Shown in pieces: positions 22,559 through 34,900 of a stretch of DNA of 40,132 bases (its first letter is position 1; each line of letters opens with the position of its first letter). The translations under genes were made by a program, and so were the position numbers. The notes beneath the pieces are model-generated. The model had not been told where the DNA came from. It worked only from the letters and a program-made list of their open reading frames with translations, and made no database searches. The stretch spans positions 1 through 40,132 of the forward strand of contig VJWM01000360.1 in the NCBI GenBank assembly GCA_010909165.1, read 5' to 3'. Source of the stretch: Anthoceros angustus. Lineage: Eukaryota > Plantae > Anthocerotophyta.

Positions 22559-23007
22559 GACGTGGCCTTGGCTCTTGCCGACTCACTCCTAAGCGCAAGG
22601 GAAGTGGAACCTCACAATGGTATCTTCCTCTCAATACATACTAGGCTCCAAACTCCAAGCAGCCCACCGTCCTTGACGACTTACAGCCACCTCACACCAT
22701 ATCTTTTCGTTACTTACAGCCACCTCGGATGAGATGCTACTCTTTATTTACAACGGAGTAGAAGCGGAATCTTAGCCATCATGCCCTCGCTACGACATCA
22801 AGACTCCACACAAAACCGTTGCTAGCTCTCTCCCATCCAAGCGCTCAGCCCGCTCATCCAAAGCCAAGCACTTCATCCATGACGAGACCCTAACCCTTTT
22901 GGGCGGTGCTTGTTACTTATTGGTGATACATAAAGAGATACCTTATTTTTATTAAGTAAATCAATAACATCGAATCAGATTTTATATGTTTGTATAAAAT
23001 CCCTCCC
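22559..23007 (+). repeat. Sub-repeat R2 (representative copy), coding-like
   Basis: Reads DVALALADSLLSAREVEPHNGIFLS. YNRVQAGILAIMPSGYDIKTPHKT is seen in the 15.6 and 26.3 kb copies. Confidence 0.85.
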
Positions 23008-24042
23008 TTTAAGTGTCCAGGTGTGGGTATGGACCAGTGTCTTTGGTTCGTGAGGTACATACGGTTGTCGTAGGAATGTGGGTGTGGACTTATCTCTACT
23101 TCATAAAGATTATACGGTTGCCATAGGGCTGTGTGTATGGATTGATCCCTAGTTCATGAAGTTCACGAGTTCGTAGAGTTGTGGATGTGGTGGTTTGTGG
23201 TTCGTCGAAAAATCTCGATATGCGGTGAGGGAAAACGTGTTGAGGCGCATCCGTTCTTGGCGGCGCTCCCGCCTAACTCACTCCTACAAGGGTAGCAAGA
23301 GCTCCATCCTCCTTCACTTCTCCCTAGCCTCCCCTCGCTCGACATCGCCTTGGGTCTTGCCATTTCACTCCGAGCTCCCTCATCCCTCCCCTCCACACCC
23401 CTTGCTTTGCTCTCGCTCAAGGGAACGTCTCGGATGGTCTGTGAAATAACACCATAATACTATACAGTCTGGTATATCAATTTAAACACCTTGAAATTTT
23501 GGCTTTTTTTCTTTTTTATGCTTTAGCTCCGCTTAGCACCCGTCGGGCACAAAATCATCAATTATGGACTGGCTCGATCGACTAAGATTACGACAGACCA
23601 ATTGCAAGCTAGACTTGCAGGCCTAGTCATGCATATGACTAGGCCGCAATCTACCTTGCGACCTGCCAGCCTGAAATTGGCCGAGCCTGAGCGTGATATG
23701 ATCGTGGGGACACCGACGGGAGGTAGTTTTTGACTGGCAGAGCCTTAGCTTGGTGCATGCCAATCGGAGCTCAAGCTTCGCCCAAAAAGAAGACAAAGGA
23801 TCATTTGAATTGTCTAGAGTGGCATCGAAATAGGTCTGACATAGTAGGGTTGCTTTGTTTTTCCAATTTTAAATAAAAAATTATACCATATGCAAAATTA
23901 TGATGGGAACAAAACTGCCCAAAATAGTCTTAAAGAATCTCATGAGAACAAAAGAGATCGTCTTCTATCGTATCTAAGAAGTCTCAATTTGAGCTCTTTG
24001 AACTTAAGCTGGGTTAAGCCCGAGGTTTCTGCGCTTTACATG

Positions 24043-24449
24043 TCATGCTATACCATGTCTACGCTTGAATCCTAAGGCCCACCCATTTGAAAATATGAGA
24101 GCCCGTCTTCCGCACTTCTTGGGTAATTGCTCATAGAAAAATTTTCGCTTTACATATTTCAGCATCTTTGCGGCTCCTCCTTCTCGCCACAAAACCAATC
24201 ATACAACTGCTTTCTCAACTTCGGAGATGCGCAAGGTCGCAAGCGTCTACGTTCTAAGTCGTGTTGTTTGACACTGGATAATACGTTCTTTCTTGATGAC
24301 TCGCTTGATGGTTGCCAGAGACCTTCACTCGAAAATGGCTAGTGGCCCATTCACTTAGCGCCTTGTGAGTGATTAGCTTGTTAGCCTCTGTGGGCTAAAA
24401 TGTCTTTTTGTTGCATTTGCAATGTCACTCTTCTCTTGGTAGCTCTCAT
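24043..24449 (-). pseudogene. CENP-B/pogo-type double-HTH ORF, copy 4 (indels)
   Basis: Colinear with the 20409-20828 copy. Confidence 0.8.
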
Positions 24450-24479
24450 GCTTGCAAGTCTATTCAAAAGATTTTATTT

Positions 24480-27400
24480 GTAAGTACTCGATTCCATAAA
24501 GAAGAAGAAAAGAAGAATATCATAGAAAAACTAATATGAATGAATTCAAATACATATGGAAGTACTCACATGTACCCAAACTGCAAAGATACATGAAACA
24601 AAAAGAAAAAATAGAAAAATTACACAAAATCTAATCTAAATAAATCATATATGGAAGTACTCACTCTTGGTGTGAAGTCATCATTCCCAAAATATATTTG
24701 CTGCACAGCAATGCATACATATATAGATCCAAAGTGACTCTTTTATCGATATCTACCCTCATATTTTGTATTTATCTCGATATTATGTGAAAAAATTATA
24801 TGAAGAAGACGTTAGTCGTATTATATTGACATTTGATTTTTCCCGATATGATATTGCCGAGTGTAAAAACTTCTTGTTACTTACTTGTTGTATGCCCATT
24901 CTTCTCCTATAGAACTCTTCCTCAATGTAAGAGATTCAAGCATTTGCTACTCTAGTGGATAGAAGGCTCTCGGCGGAAGGCCAATGGCCTCCTAGATTAG
25001 ATGAATAGTCTCACTACCGGACTATACAAGATAGACTCTATTGTGCTTATGACATGACGCAGCTAGATAGCTTATAGGTAGCTTTGCTAGTGTCATGGGT
25101 GTCATGTATAATCTCTTTTATAGTAGAATATAAGAATACCCTAATTCTAGGTATATCTTGATATTCTAACACTTAAGACTTAAAGCGGCTTGCAACAAGC
25201 ACGGCTATGGTAGGCCTAGCTAACTCTGAGCTCGACATCGCCTTGGGTCTTGCCATTCACTCCGAGCTCAAGGGAAGTGGAACCTCACAATGCTTTATTT
25301 TTCTCAACACGCCCTTTGGTCTTGTCAATCCACTCGTAGAGCCTGATAACGATCTCTTCCTCTCAACACCGTGCTAGGCTCCAAGCAGCCCGCCGTCCTT
25401 GACAACTCGCAGGCCACCTCAGATGAGATGCTACTCTTTATTTACAACAGAGTAGAAGCCGGAATGCTAGCCATCCATGCCGTTGGCTACGGCAACAAGA
25501 CTCCACACAAAACCATTTCTAGCTCTCCCATCCAAGCGCCAAGCCCTGCTTGTCAAACTTCCACCCCAAGCTGCAAAGCGGCGCTTCATCCCTGACGAAA
25601 CCCTATGCGGTGCTCGTCACTTTGGTAGTACACAATAGATATACCTTATTATTTTATTTAATAAATCAATAACATCGAATCAGATTTTATATATTTCTAT
25701 AAAATCCCTCCTTGTCGATCAGAGGGTGGGTGTGGACTCGTCTCTCGTTCTAAAACGCACAAAATCCATGCTCATGCTATACCATGTCTACGCTTGCACA
25801 CAACAAAATGTACTTGCGCTTCAGCTTTGTCACAAACTCCTCTACGTCAAGAATCGCGTGGTAGAGTTGTTCTTGTTACATGTTGCCCTTTCTTCTCCTA
25901 CAAAACTTTTCCTAAGGACTCAAAGTACCATGCACGGATGTGGTAGGCCTAACTACATGCATATTGGTGAGGAGCCTCCAATGTGCCGACATGGCGATGG
26001 CGGCACTTGCTTGGAGATAGTCTAAATTCGGGAGAGGATTCTTTGGTGAGAGGGAGGGCGCCTACATGAGGAAGGCCCAGAGCTAAGGACGTCCCACCTC
26101 TCATGGACCCTTCTTGCAATTTGACAGATGCTCCTTCGAGAGGCACTTGCACGAGACAATAGCATGATCAAGGCAGTGGAAGCGACGTGGCCTTGGCTCT
26201 TGCCGACTCACTCCTAAGCGCAAGGGAAGTGGAACCTCACAATGGTATCTTCCTCTCAATACATACTAGGCTCCAAACTCCAAGCAGCCCACCGTCCTTG
26301 ACAACTCGCAGCCACCTCACACCATATGCTGCTCGTTACTTACAACAGAGTACAAGCTGGAATCTTAGCCATCATGCCCTCTGGCTACGACATCAAGACT
26401 CCACACAAAACCGTTGCTAGCTCTCTCCCATCCAAGCGCTCAGCCCCGCTCATCCAAAGCCAAGCACTTCATCCCGCGGACGAGACCCTAACTTCAGTTT
26501 TTGGGCGGTGCTTGTTACTTATTGGTGATACATAATAGAGATACCTTATTTTATTAAGTAAATCAATAAGATCGTCTGAGATTTTATATGTTTGTATAAA
26601 ATCCCCTCCCTTTAAGTGTCCGTAGAGTGGGTATGGACCAGTGTCTTTGGTTCGTGAGGTACATACGGTTGTCGAGGAATGTGGGTGTGGACTTATCTCT
26701 ACTTCATAAAGATTATACGGTTGCCATAGGGCTGTGTATGGATTGATCCCTAGTTCATGAAGTTCACGAGTTGCCGTAGAGTTGTGGATGTGGGTGGTTT
26801 GTGGTTCGTCTGAAAAATCTCGATATGCGGTGAGGGAAAGCGTGTTGAGGCGCATCCGTTCGCGGCGCTCCGCCTAACTCACTCCTACAAGGGTAGCAAG
26901 AGCTCCATCCTCCTTCACTTCTCCCCTAGCCTCCCCTCATGCGTATTCGAGCTCCCTCATCCCTCCCCTCCACACCCCTTGCTTTCTTTGCTCTCGCTCA
27001 AGGGAACGTCTCGGATGGTCGTGAAATAACACCATAATACTATACTGATCGGTATATCAATTTAAACACCTTGAAATTTTGGCTTTTTCTTTTTATGCTT
27101 TAGCTCCGCTTAGCACCGTCGGGCACAAAATCATCAATTATGGTGGCTCGATCGACTAAGATTACGACGGACCAATTGCAAGCTAGACTTGCGGGCCTAG
27201 TCATGCATATGACTAGGCCGCAATCTATGCGACCGCCACTGAAATTGGCCGAGCCCGAGCGTGATATGATCGTGGGGACACCGACGGAGGTAGTTTTGAT
27301 TGGCGAGCCTTAGCTTGGTGCATGCCAATCAGCTCAAGCTTCGCCCAAAAGAAGACAAAGGATCATTTGAATTGTCTAGAGCTGGCATCGAAATAGGTAC

Positions 27401-28060
27401 AGCATAGTAGGGTTGCTTTGTTTTTTTTCCAATTTTTAAATAAAAAATTATACCATATGCAAAATTATGATGGGAACAAAACTGCCCAAAATAGTCTTAA
27501 AGAATCTCATGAGAACAAAAAGAGATCGTCTTCTATACGTATCTAAGAAGTCTCAATTTGAGCTCTTTGAACTTAACTGCGGGGTTAAGCCCGAGGTTTT
27601 CTGCGCTTTACATGTCATGCTATACCATGTCTACGCTTGAATCCTAAGGCCCACCCATTTGAAAATATGAGAGCCCGTCTGTTCCGCACTTCTTCGGGTA
27701 ATTGCTCATAGAAAATTTTCGCCTGTTTACATATTTCAGCATCTTTTGCGGCTCCTCCCTTCTCGCCACAAAACCAATCATACAACTGCTTTCTCAACTT
27801 CGGAGATGCGCAAGGTCGCAAGCGTCTACGTTCTAAGTCGTGTTGTTTGACACTGGATAATACGTTCTTTCTTGATGACTCGCTTGATGGTTGCCACCGA
27901 GACCTTCACTCGAAAATGGCTAGTGGCCCATTCACTTAGCGCCTTGTGAGTGATTAGCTTGTTAGCCTCTGTGGGCTAAAATGTCTTTTTGTTGCATTTG
28001 CAATGTCACTCTTCTCTTGGTAGCTCTCATGCTTGCAAGTCTATTCAAAAGATTTTATTT
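24480..28060. repeat. Regular array unit, 3581 bp
   Basis: Complete module order. Confidence 0.92.
27615..28030 (-). pseudogene. CENP-B/pogo-type double-HTH ORF, copy 5 (C-terminal half open)
   Basis: ORF 27615-27821 reads KQLYDWF...QAKIFYEQLPEEVRNRRALIFSNGWALGFKRRHGIA*. Confidence 0.8.
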
Positions 28061-29714
28061 GTAAGTACTCGATTCCATAAAGAAGAAAGAAAAGAATAAT
28101 ATCATAGAAAAACTAATATGAATGAATTCAAATACATATGGAAGTACTCACATGTACCCAAAGTAGTATACATGAAACAAAAAGAAAAAATAGAAAAATT
28201 ACACAAAATCTAATCTAAATAAATCATATATGGAAGTACTCACTCTTGGTGTGAAGTCATCATTCCCAAAATATATTTGCTGCACAGCAATGCATACATA
28301 TATAGATCCAAAGTGACTCTTTTATCGATATCTACCCTCATATTTTGTATTTATCTCGATATTATGTGAAAAATTATATGAAGAAGGCGTTAGTCGTATT
28401 ATATTGACATTTGATTTTTCCCGATATGATATTGCCGAGTGTAAAAACTTCTTGTTACTTACTTGTTGTATGCCCATTCTTCTCCTATAGAACTCTTCCT
28501 CAATGTAAGAGATTCAAGCATTTGCTACTCTAGTGGATAGAAGGCTCTCGTGGGCTAAAATGTCTTTTTGTTGCATTTGCAATGTCACTCTTCTCTTGGT
28601 AGCTCTCATGCTTGCAAGTCTATTCAAAAGATTTTATTTGTAAGTACTCGATTCCATAAAGAAGAAAGAAAAGAATAATATCATAGAAAAACTAATATGA
28701 ATGAATTCAAATACATATGGAAGTACTCACATGTACCCAAACATTAGTATACATGAAACAAAAAGAAAAAATAGAAAAATTACACAAAATCTAATCTAAA
28801 TAAATCATATATGGAAGTACTCACTCTTGGTGTGAAGTCATCATTCCCAAAATATATTTGCTGCACAGCAATGCATACATATATAGATCCAAAGTGACTC
28901 TTTTATCGATATCTACCCTCATATTTTGTATTTATCTCGATATTATGTGAAAAATTATATGAAGAAGACGTTAGTCGTATTATATTGACATTTGATTTTT
29001 CCCGATATGATATTGCCGAGTGTAAAAACTTCTTGTTACTTACTTGTTGTATGCCCATTCTTCTCCTATAGAACTCTTCCTCAATGTAAGAGATTCAAGC
29101 ATTTGCTACTCTAGTGGATAGAAGGCTCTCGTGGGCTAAAATGTCTTTTTTTTGTTGCATTTGCAATGTCACTCTTCTCTTGGTAGCTCTCATGCTTGCA
29201 AGTCTATTCAAAAGATTTTATTTGTAAGTACTCGATTCCATAAAGAAGAAAGAAAAGAATAATATCATAGAAAAACTAATATGAATGAATTCAAATACAT
29301 ATGGAAGTACTCACATGTACCCAAACATTAGTATACATGAAACAAAAAGAAAAAATAGAAAAATTACACAAAATCTAATCTAAATAAATCATATATGAAG
29401 TACTCACTCTTGGTGTGAAGTCATCATTCCCAAATATATTTGCTGCACAGCAATGCATACATATATAGATCCAAAGTGACTCTTTTATCGATATCTACCC
29501 TCATATTTTGTATTTATCTCGATATTATGTGAAAAAATTATATGAAGAAGACGTTAGTCGTATTATATTGACATTTGATTTTTTCCCTGATATGATATTG
29601 CCAGTAGTGTAAAAAACTTCTTGTTACTTGTTGTATGCCCATTCTTCTCCTATAGAACTCTTCCTCAATGTAAGAGATTCAAGCATTTGCTACTCTAGTG
29701 GATAGAAGGCTCTC
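27971..29714. repeat. Tandem triplication of a ~580-bp segment (HTH 5' end plus left part of module A)
   Basis: 'gtgggctaaaatg' starts at 27971, 28550 and 29131. The junction is 'agaaggctctc|gtgggc'. Confidence 0.92.
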
Positions 29715-30580
29715 AGGCAGAAGGCCAATGGCCTCCTAGATTAGATGAATAGTCTCACTCGGACTATACAAGATAGACTCTATTGTGCTTATGACATAGG
29801 CAGCTAGATAGCTTATAGGTAGCTTTGCTAGTGTCAGAGGTGTCATGTATAATCTCTTTTATAGTAGAATATAAGAATACCCTAATTCTAGGTATATCTT
29901 GATATTCTAACACTTAAGACTTAAAGCGGTTGCAACAAGCCCGGCTATGGTAGGCCTAGCTAACTCTGTGCTCAAGACATCGCCTTGGGTCTTGCCATTC
30001 ACTCCCGAGCTCAAGGGAAGTGGAACCTCACAATGCTTTATTTTTCTCAACATGCCCTTTGGTCTTGTCAATCCACTCGTAGAGCCCGATAACGATCTCT
30101 TCCTCTCAACACGTGCTAGGCTCCAAGCAGCCCACCGTCCTTGACAACTCGCAGCCACCTCGGATGAGATGCTACTCTTTTATTTACAACGGAGTAGAAG
30201 CCGGAATGCTAGCCATCCATGCCGTTGGCTATGGCAACAAGACTCCACACAAAACCATTTCTAGCTCTCCCATCCAAGCGCCAAGCTTGTCAAACTTCCA
30301 CCCCAAGCTCCAAGCGCTTCATCCCTGACGAAACCCTATGCGGTGCTCGTCACTTTGGTAGTACACAATAGATATACCTTATTATTTTATTTAATAAATC
30401 AATAACATCGAATCAGATTTTATATATTTCTATAAAATCCCTCCTTGTCGAGGAATGTGGGTGTGGACTCGTCTCTCGTTCTAAAACGCACAAAATCCAT
30501 GCTCATACTCTGCATGCTTGCACACAACAAAATGTACTTGCGCTTGACTTTGTCACAAACTCCTCCACGTCAAGCATCGC

Positions 30581-30946
30581 GTGGTAGAGTTGTTCTTGTT
30601 ACATGTTGCCCTTTCTTCTCCTACAAAACTTTTCCTAAGGACTCAAAGTACCATGCCCGGATGTGGTAGGCCTAACTACATGCATATTGGTGAGGAGCCT
30701 CCAATGTGCCGACATGGCGATGAGCGGCACTTGCTTGGAGATAGTCTAAATTCGGGAGAGGATTCTTTGGTGAGAGGGAGGAGCGCCTACATGAGGAAGG
30801 CCCGAGCTAAGGACGTCCCACCTCTCATGGACCCTTCTTGCAATTTGACACCGATGCTCCTTCGAGAGGCACTTGCACGAGACAATAGCATGATCAAGGC
30901 AACAGTGGAAGCGACGTGGCCTTGGCTCTTGCCGACTCACTCCTAA
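30581..30946 (+). CDS. Module B hypothetical ORF (longest open copy, 121 aa; consensus possibly ~165 aa)
   Basis: The same frame (…VELFLLHVALSSPTKLFLRTQSTMPGCGRPNYMHIGEEPPMCRH…) is open in most B copies and extends upstream at 22100 and 25726. No recognised family. Confidence 0.3.
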   Translation: MVELFLLHVALSSPTKLFLRTQSTMPGCGRPNYMHIGEEPPMCRHGDERHLLGDSLNSGEDSLVRGRSAYMRKARAKDVPPLMDPSCNLTPMLLREALARDNSMIKATVEATWPWLLPTHS

Positions 30947-33900
30947 GCGCAAGGGAAGTGGAACCTCACAATGGTATCTTCCTCTCAATACATACTAGGC
31001 TCCAAACTCCAAGCAGCCCACCGTCCTTGACGACTTACAGCCACCTCACACCATATCGTTACTTACAACAGAGTGTTGGAATCTTAGCCATCATGCCCTC
31101 GCTCGACATCAAGACTCCACACAAAACCGTTGCTAGCTCTCTCCCATCCAAGCGCTCAGCTCATCCAAAGCCAAGCACTTCATCCATGGACGAGACCCTA
31201 ACCCAGTTTTGGTGCTTGTTACTTATTGGTGATACATAAAGAGATACCTTATTTTATTAAGTAAATCAATAATATAAAATCGAGATTTTATATGTTTGTA
31301 TAAAATCCCTCCCTTTAAGTGTCCAGTAGTGTGGGTATGGACCGGTGTCTTTGGTCTTGTCAATCCACTCGTAGAGCCCGATAACGATCTCTTCCTCTCA
31401 ACACTGCTAGGCTCCAAGCAGCCCACCGTCCTTGACAACTCGCAGCCACCTCGGATGAGATGCTACTCTTTATTTACAACGGAGTAGAAGCCGGAATGCT
31501 AGCCATCCATGCCGTTGGCTATGGCAACAAGACTCCACAAAACCATTTCTAGCTCTCCCATCCAAGCGCCAAGCCCGCTTGTCAAACTTCCACCCCAAGC
31601 TCCAAGCGCTTCATCCCTGACGAAACCCTATGCGGTGCTCGTCACTTTGGTAGTACACAATAGATATACCTTATTATTTTATTTAATAAATCAATAACAT
31701 CGAATCAGATTTTATATATTTCTATAAAATCCCTCCTTGTCGATCAGAGGGTGTGGGTGTGGACTCGTCTCTCGTTCTAAAACGCACAAAATCCATGCTC
31801 ATGCTCTGCTTGCACACAACAAAATGTACTTGCGCTTGACTTTGTCACAAACTCCTCCACGTCAAGCATCGCGTGGTAGAGTTGTTCTTGTTACATGTTG
31901 CCCTTTCTTCTCCTACAAAACTTTTCCTAAGGACTCAAAGTACCATGCCCGGATGTGGTAGGCCTAACTACATGCATATTGGTGAGGAGCCTCAATGTGC
32001 CGACATGGCGATGAGCGGCACTTGCTTGGAGATAGTCTAAATTCGGGAGAGGATTCTTTGGTGAGAGGGAGGGCGCCTACATGAGGAAGGCCCGAGCTAA
32101 GGACGTCCCACCTCTCATGGACCCTTCTTGCAATTTGACATGCTCCTTCTTTGAGAGGCACTTGCACGAGACAATAGCATGATCAAGGCAACAGTGGAAG
32201 CGACGTGGCCTTGGCTCTTGCCGACTCACTCCTAAGCGCAAGGGAAGTGGAACCTCACAATGGTATCTTCCTCTCAATACATACTAGGCTCCAAACTCCA
32301 AGCAGCCCACCGTCCTTGACGACTTACAGCCACCTCACACCATATCTTCGTTACTTACAGCAGTACAAGCTGGAATCTTAGCCATCATGCCCTCGCTACG
32401 ACATCAAGACTCCACAAAACCGTTGCTAGCTCTCCCATCCAAGCGCTCAGCTCATCCAAAGCCAAGCACTTCATCCATGGACGAGACCCTAACCCAGTTT
32501 TGGCGGTGCTTGTTACTTATTGGTGATACATAAAGAGATACCTTATTTTATTAAGTAAATCAATAATATAAAATCGAGATTTTATATGTTTGTATAAAAT
32601 CCCTCCCTTTAAGTGTCCGTAGAGTGGGTATGGACCTGTCTTTGGTTCGTGAGGTACATACGGTTGTCGAGGAATGTGGGTGTGGACTTATCTCTACTTC
32701 ATAAAGATTATACGGTTGCCATAGGGCTGTGTGTATGGATTGATCCCTAGTTCATGAAGTTCACAGAGTTGCCGTAGAGTTGTGGATGTGGACTGGTTTG
32801 TGGTTCGTCTGAAAAATCTCGATATGCCGGTGAGGGAAAACGTGTTGAGGCGCATCCGTTGCTGGCGGCGCTCCTGCCCTAACTCACTCCTACAAGGGTA
32901 GCAAGAGCTCCATCCTCCTTCACTTCTCCCCTAGCCTCCCTCGCTGTCTGTATTCGAGCTCCCCTCATCCCCTCCCCCTCCACACACCCCCCTTGCTTTC
33001 TTTGCTCTCGCTCAAGGGAACGTCTCAGATGGTGCGTGAAATAACACCATAATACTATACACCGTATATCAATTTAAACACCTTGAAATTTTGGCTTTTT
33101 CTTTTTATGCTTTAGCTCCGCTTAGCACCGTCGGGCACAAAATCATCAATTATGGAGTGGCTCGATCAACTAAGATTATGACAGACCAATTGCAAGCTAG
33201 ACTTGCAGGCCTAGTCATGTATATGACTAGGCCGCAATCTACTTTGCAGCCTGCCAGCCTGAAATTGGCCAAGCCTGAGCGTGATATGATCGTGGGGACA
33301 CCGACGGGAGGCAGTTTTTGACTGGCAGAGCCTTAGCTTGGTGCATGCCAATCGGAGCTCAAGCTTCGCCCAAAAAGAAGACAAAGGATCATTTGAATTG
33401 TCTAGAGTGGCATCGAAATAGGTCTGACATAGTAGGGTTGCTTTGTTTTTTCCAATTTTAAATAAAAAATTATACCATATGCAAAATTATGATGGGAACA
33501 AAACTGCCCAAAATAGTCTTAAAGAATCTCATGAGAACAAAAGAGATCGTCTTCTATCATTATCTAAGAAGTCTCAATTTGAGCTCTTTGAACTTAAGCT
33601 GAGGTTAAGCCCGAGGTTTCTGCTTTACATGTCATGCTATACCATGTCTACGCTTGAATCCTAAGGCCCACCCATTTGAAAATATGAGAGCCCGTCATTC
33701 CGCACTTCTTGGGTAATTGCTCATAGAAAATTTTCGCTTTGTTACATATTTCAGCATCTTTGCGGCTCCTCCTTCACTTCTCCCTAGCCTCCTCCTTCAC
33801 TTCTCCCTAGCCTCCCCTCATCCCTCCCCTCCACACCCCTTGCTTTCTTTGCTCTCGCTCAAGGGAACGCCCTATGGTCCGTGAAATAACACCATAATAC

Positions 33901-34459
33901 TATCTGCCGGTATATCAATTTTAAACACCTTGAAATTTTGGCTTTTTCTTTTTATGCTTTAGCTCGCTTAGCACCCGTCGGGCACAAAATCATCAATTAT
34001 GGGTGGCTCGATCGACTAAGATTACGACCAATTGCAAGCTAGACTTGCGGGCCTAGTCATGCATATGACTAGGCGCAACCTTTGACCGCCACTGAAATTG
34101 GCCGAGCCCGAGCGTGATATGATCGTGGGGACACCGACGGAGGTAGTTTTGGCGAGCCTTAGCTTGGTGCATGCCAATCGGAGCTCAAGCTTCGCCCAAA
34201 AGAAGACAAAGGATCATTTGAATTGTCTAGAGTGGCATCGAAATAGGTCTGACATAGTAGGGTTGCTTTGTTTTTTCCAATTTTAAATAAAAAATTATAC
34301 CATATGCAAAATTATGATGGGAACAAAACTGCCCAAAATAGTCTTAAAGAATCTCATGAGAACAAAAGAGATCGTCTTCTATACGTATCTAAGAAGTCTC
34401 AATTTGAGCTCTTTGAACTTAATCATGGGTTAAGCCCGAGGTTTTCTACGCTTTACATG

Positions 34460-34871
34460 TCATGCTATACCATGTCTACGCTTGAATCCTAAGGCCCACC
34501 CATTTGAAAATATGAGAGCCCGTCTGTTCCGCACTTCTTGGTAATTGCTCATAGAAAATTTTCGCTTTACATATTTCAGCATCTTTGCGGCTCCTCCCTT
34601 CTCGCCACAAAACCAATCATACAACTGTTTCTCAACTTCGGAGATGCGCAAGGTCGCAAGCGTCTACGTTCTAAGTCGTGTTGTTTGACACTCTGGATAA
34701 TACGTTCTTTCTTGATGACTCGCTTGATGGTTGCCACCGAGACCTTCACTCGAAAATGGCTAGTGGCCCATTCACTTAGCGCCTTGTGAGTGATTAGCTT
34801 GTTAGCCTCTCGTGGGCTAAAATGTCTTTTTGTTGCATTTGCAATGTCACTCTTCTCTTGGTAGCTCTCAT
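34460..34871 (-). pseudogene. CENP-B/pogo-type double-HTH ORF, copy 6 (indels)
   Basis: The 3' part is open (…ALIFSNGWALGFKRRHGIA*). Colinear with the other copies. Confidence 0.8.
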
Positions 34872-34900
34872 GCTTGCAAGTCTATTCAAAGATTTTATTT

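Larger units (their letters stand above)
20859..24479. repeat. Regular array unit, 3621 bp, with two small R1-derived inserts
   Basis: Complete module order. R1-type tracts at ~22722-22770 and ~23336-23376. Confidence 0.92.
29224..34900. repeat. Expanded unit, 5677 bp, with ~1.29-kb and ~0.85-kb internal duplications
   Basis: 30057-31348 is repeated from 31349. 32914-33767 is repeated from 33768. A partial HTH 3' end lies at 33632-33773. Confidence 0.9.

Noticed and set aside
13487-28060. rDNA or 5S array, or intergenic spacer
   Set aside because: No recognisable rRNA or tRNA sequence in the unit.
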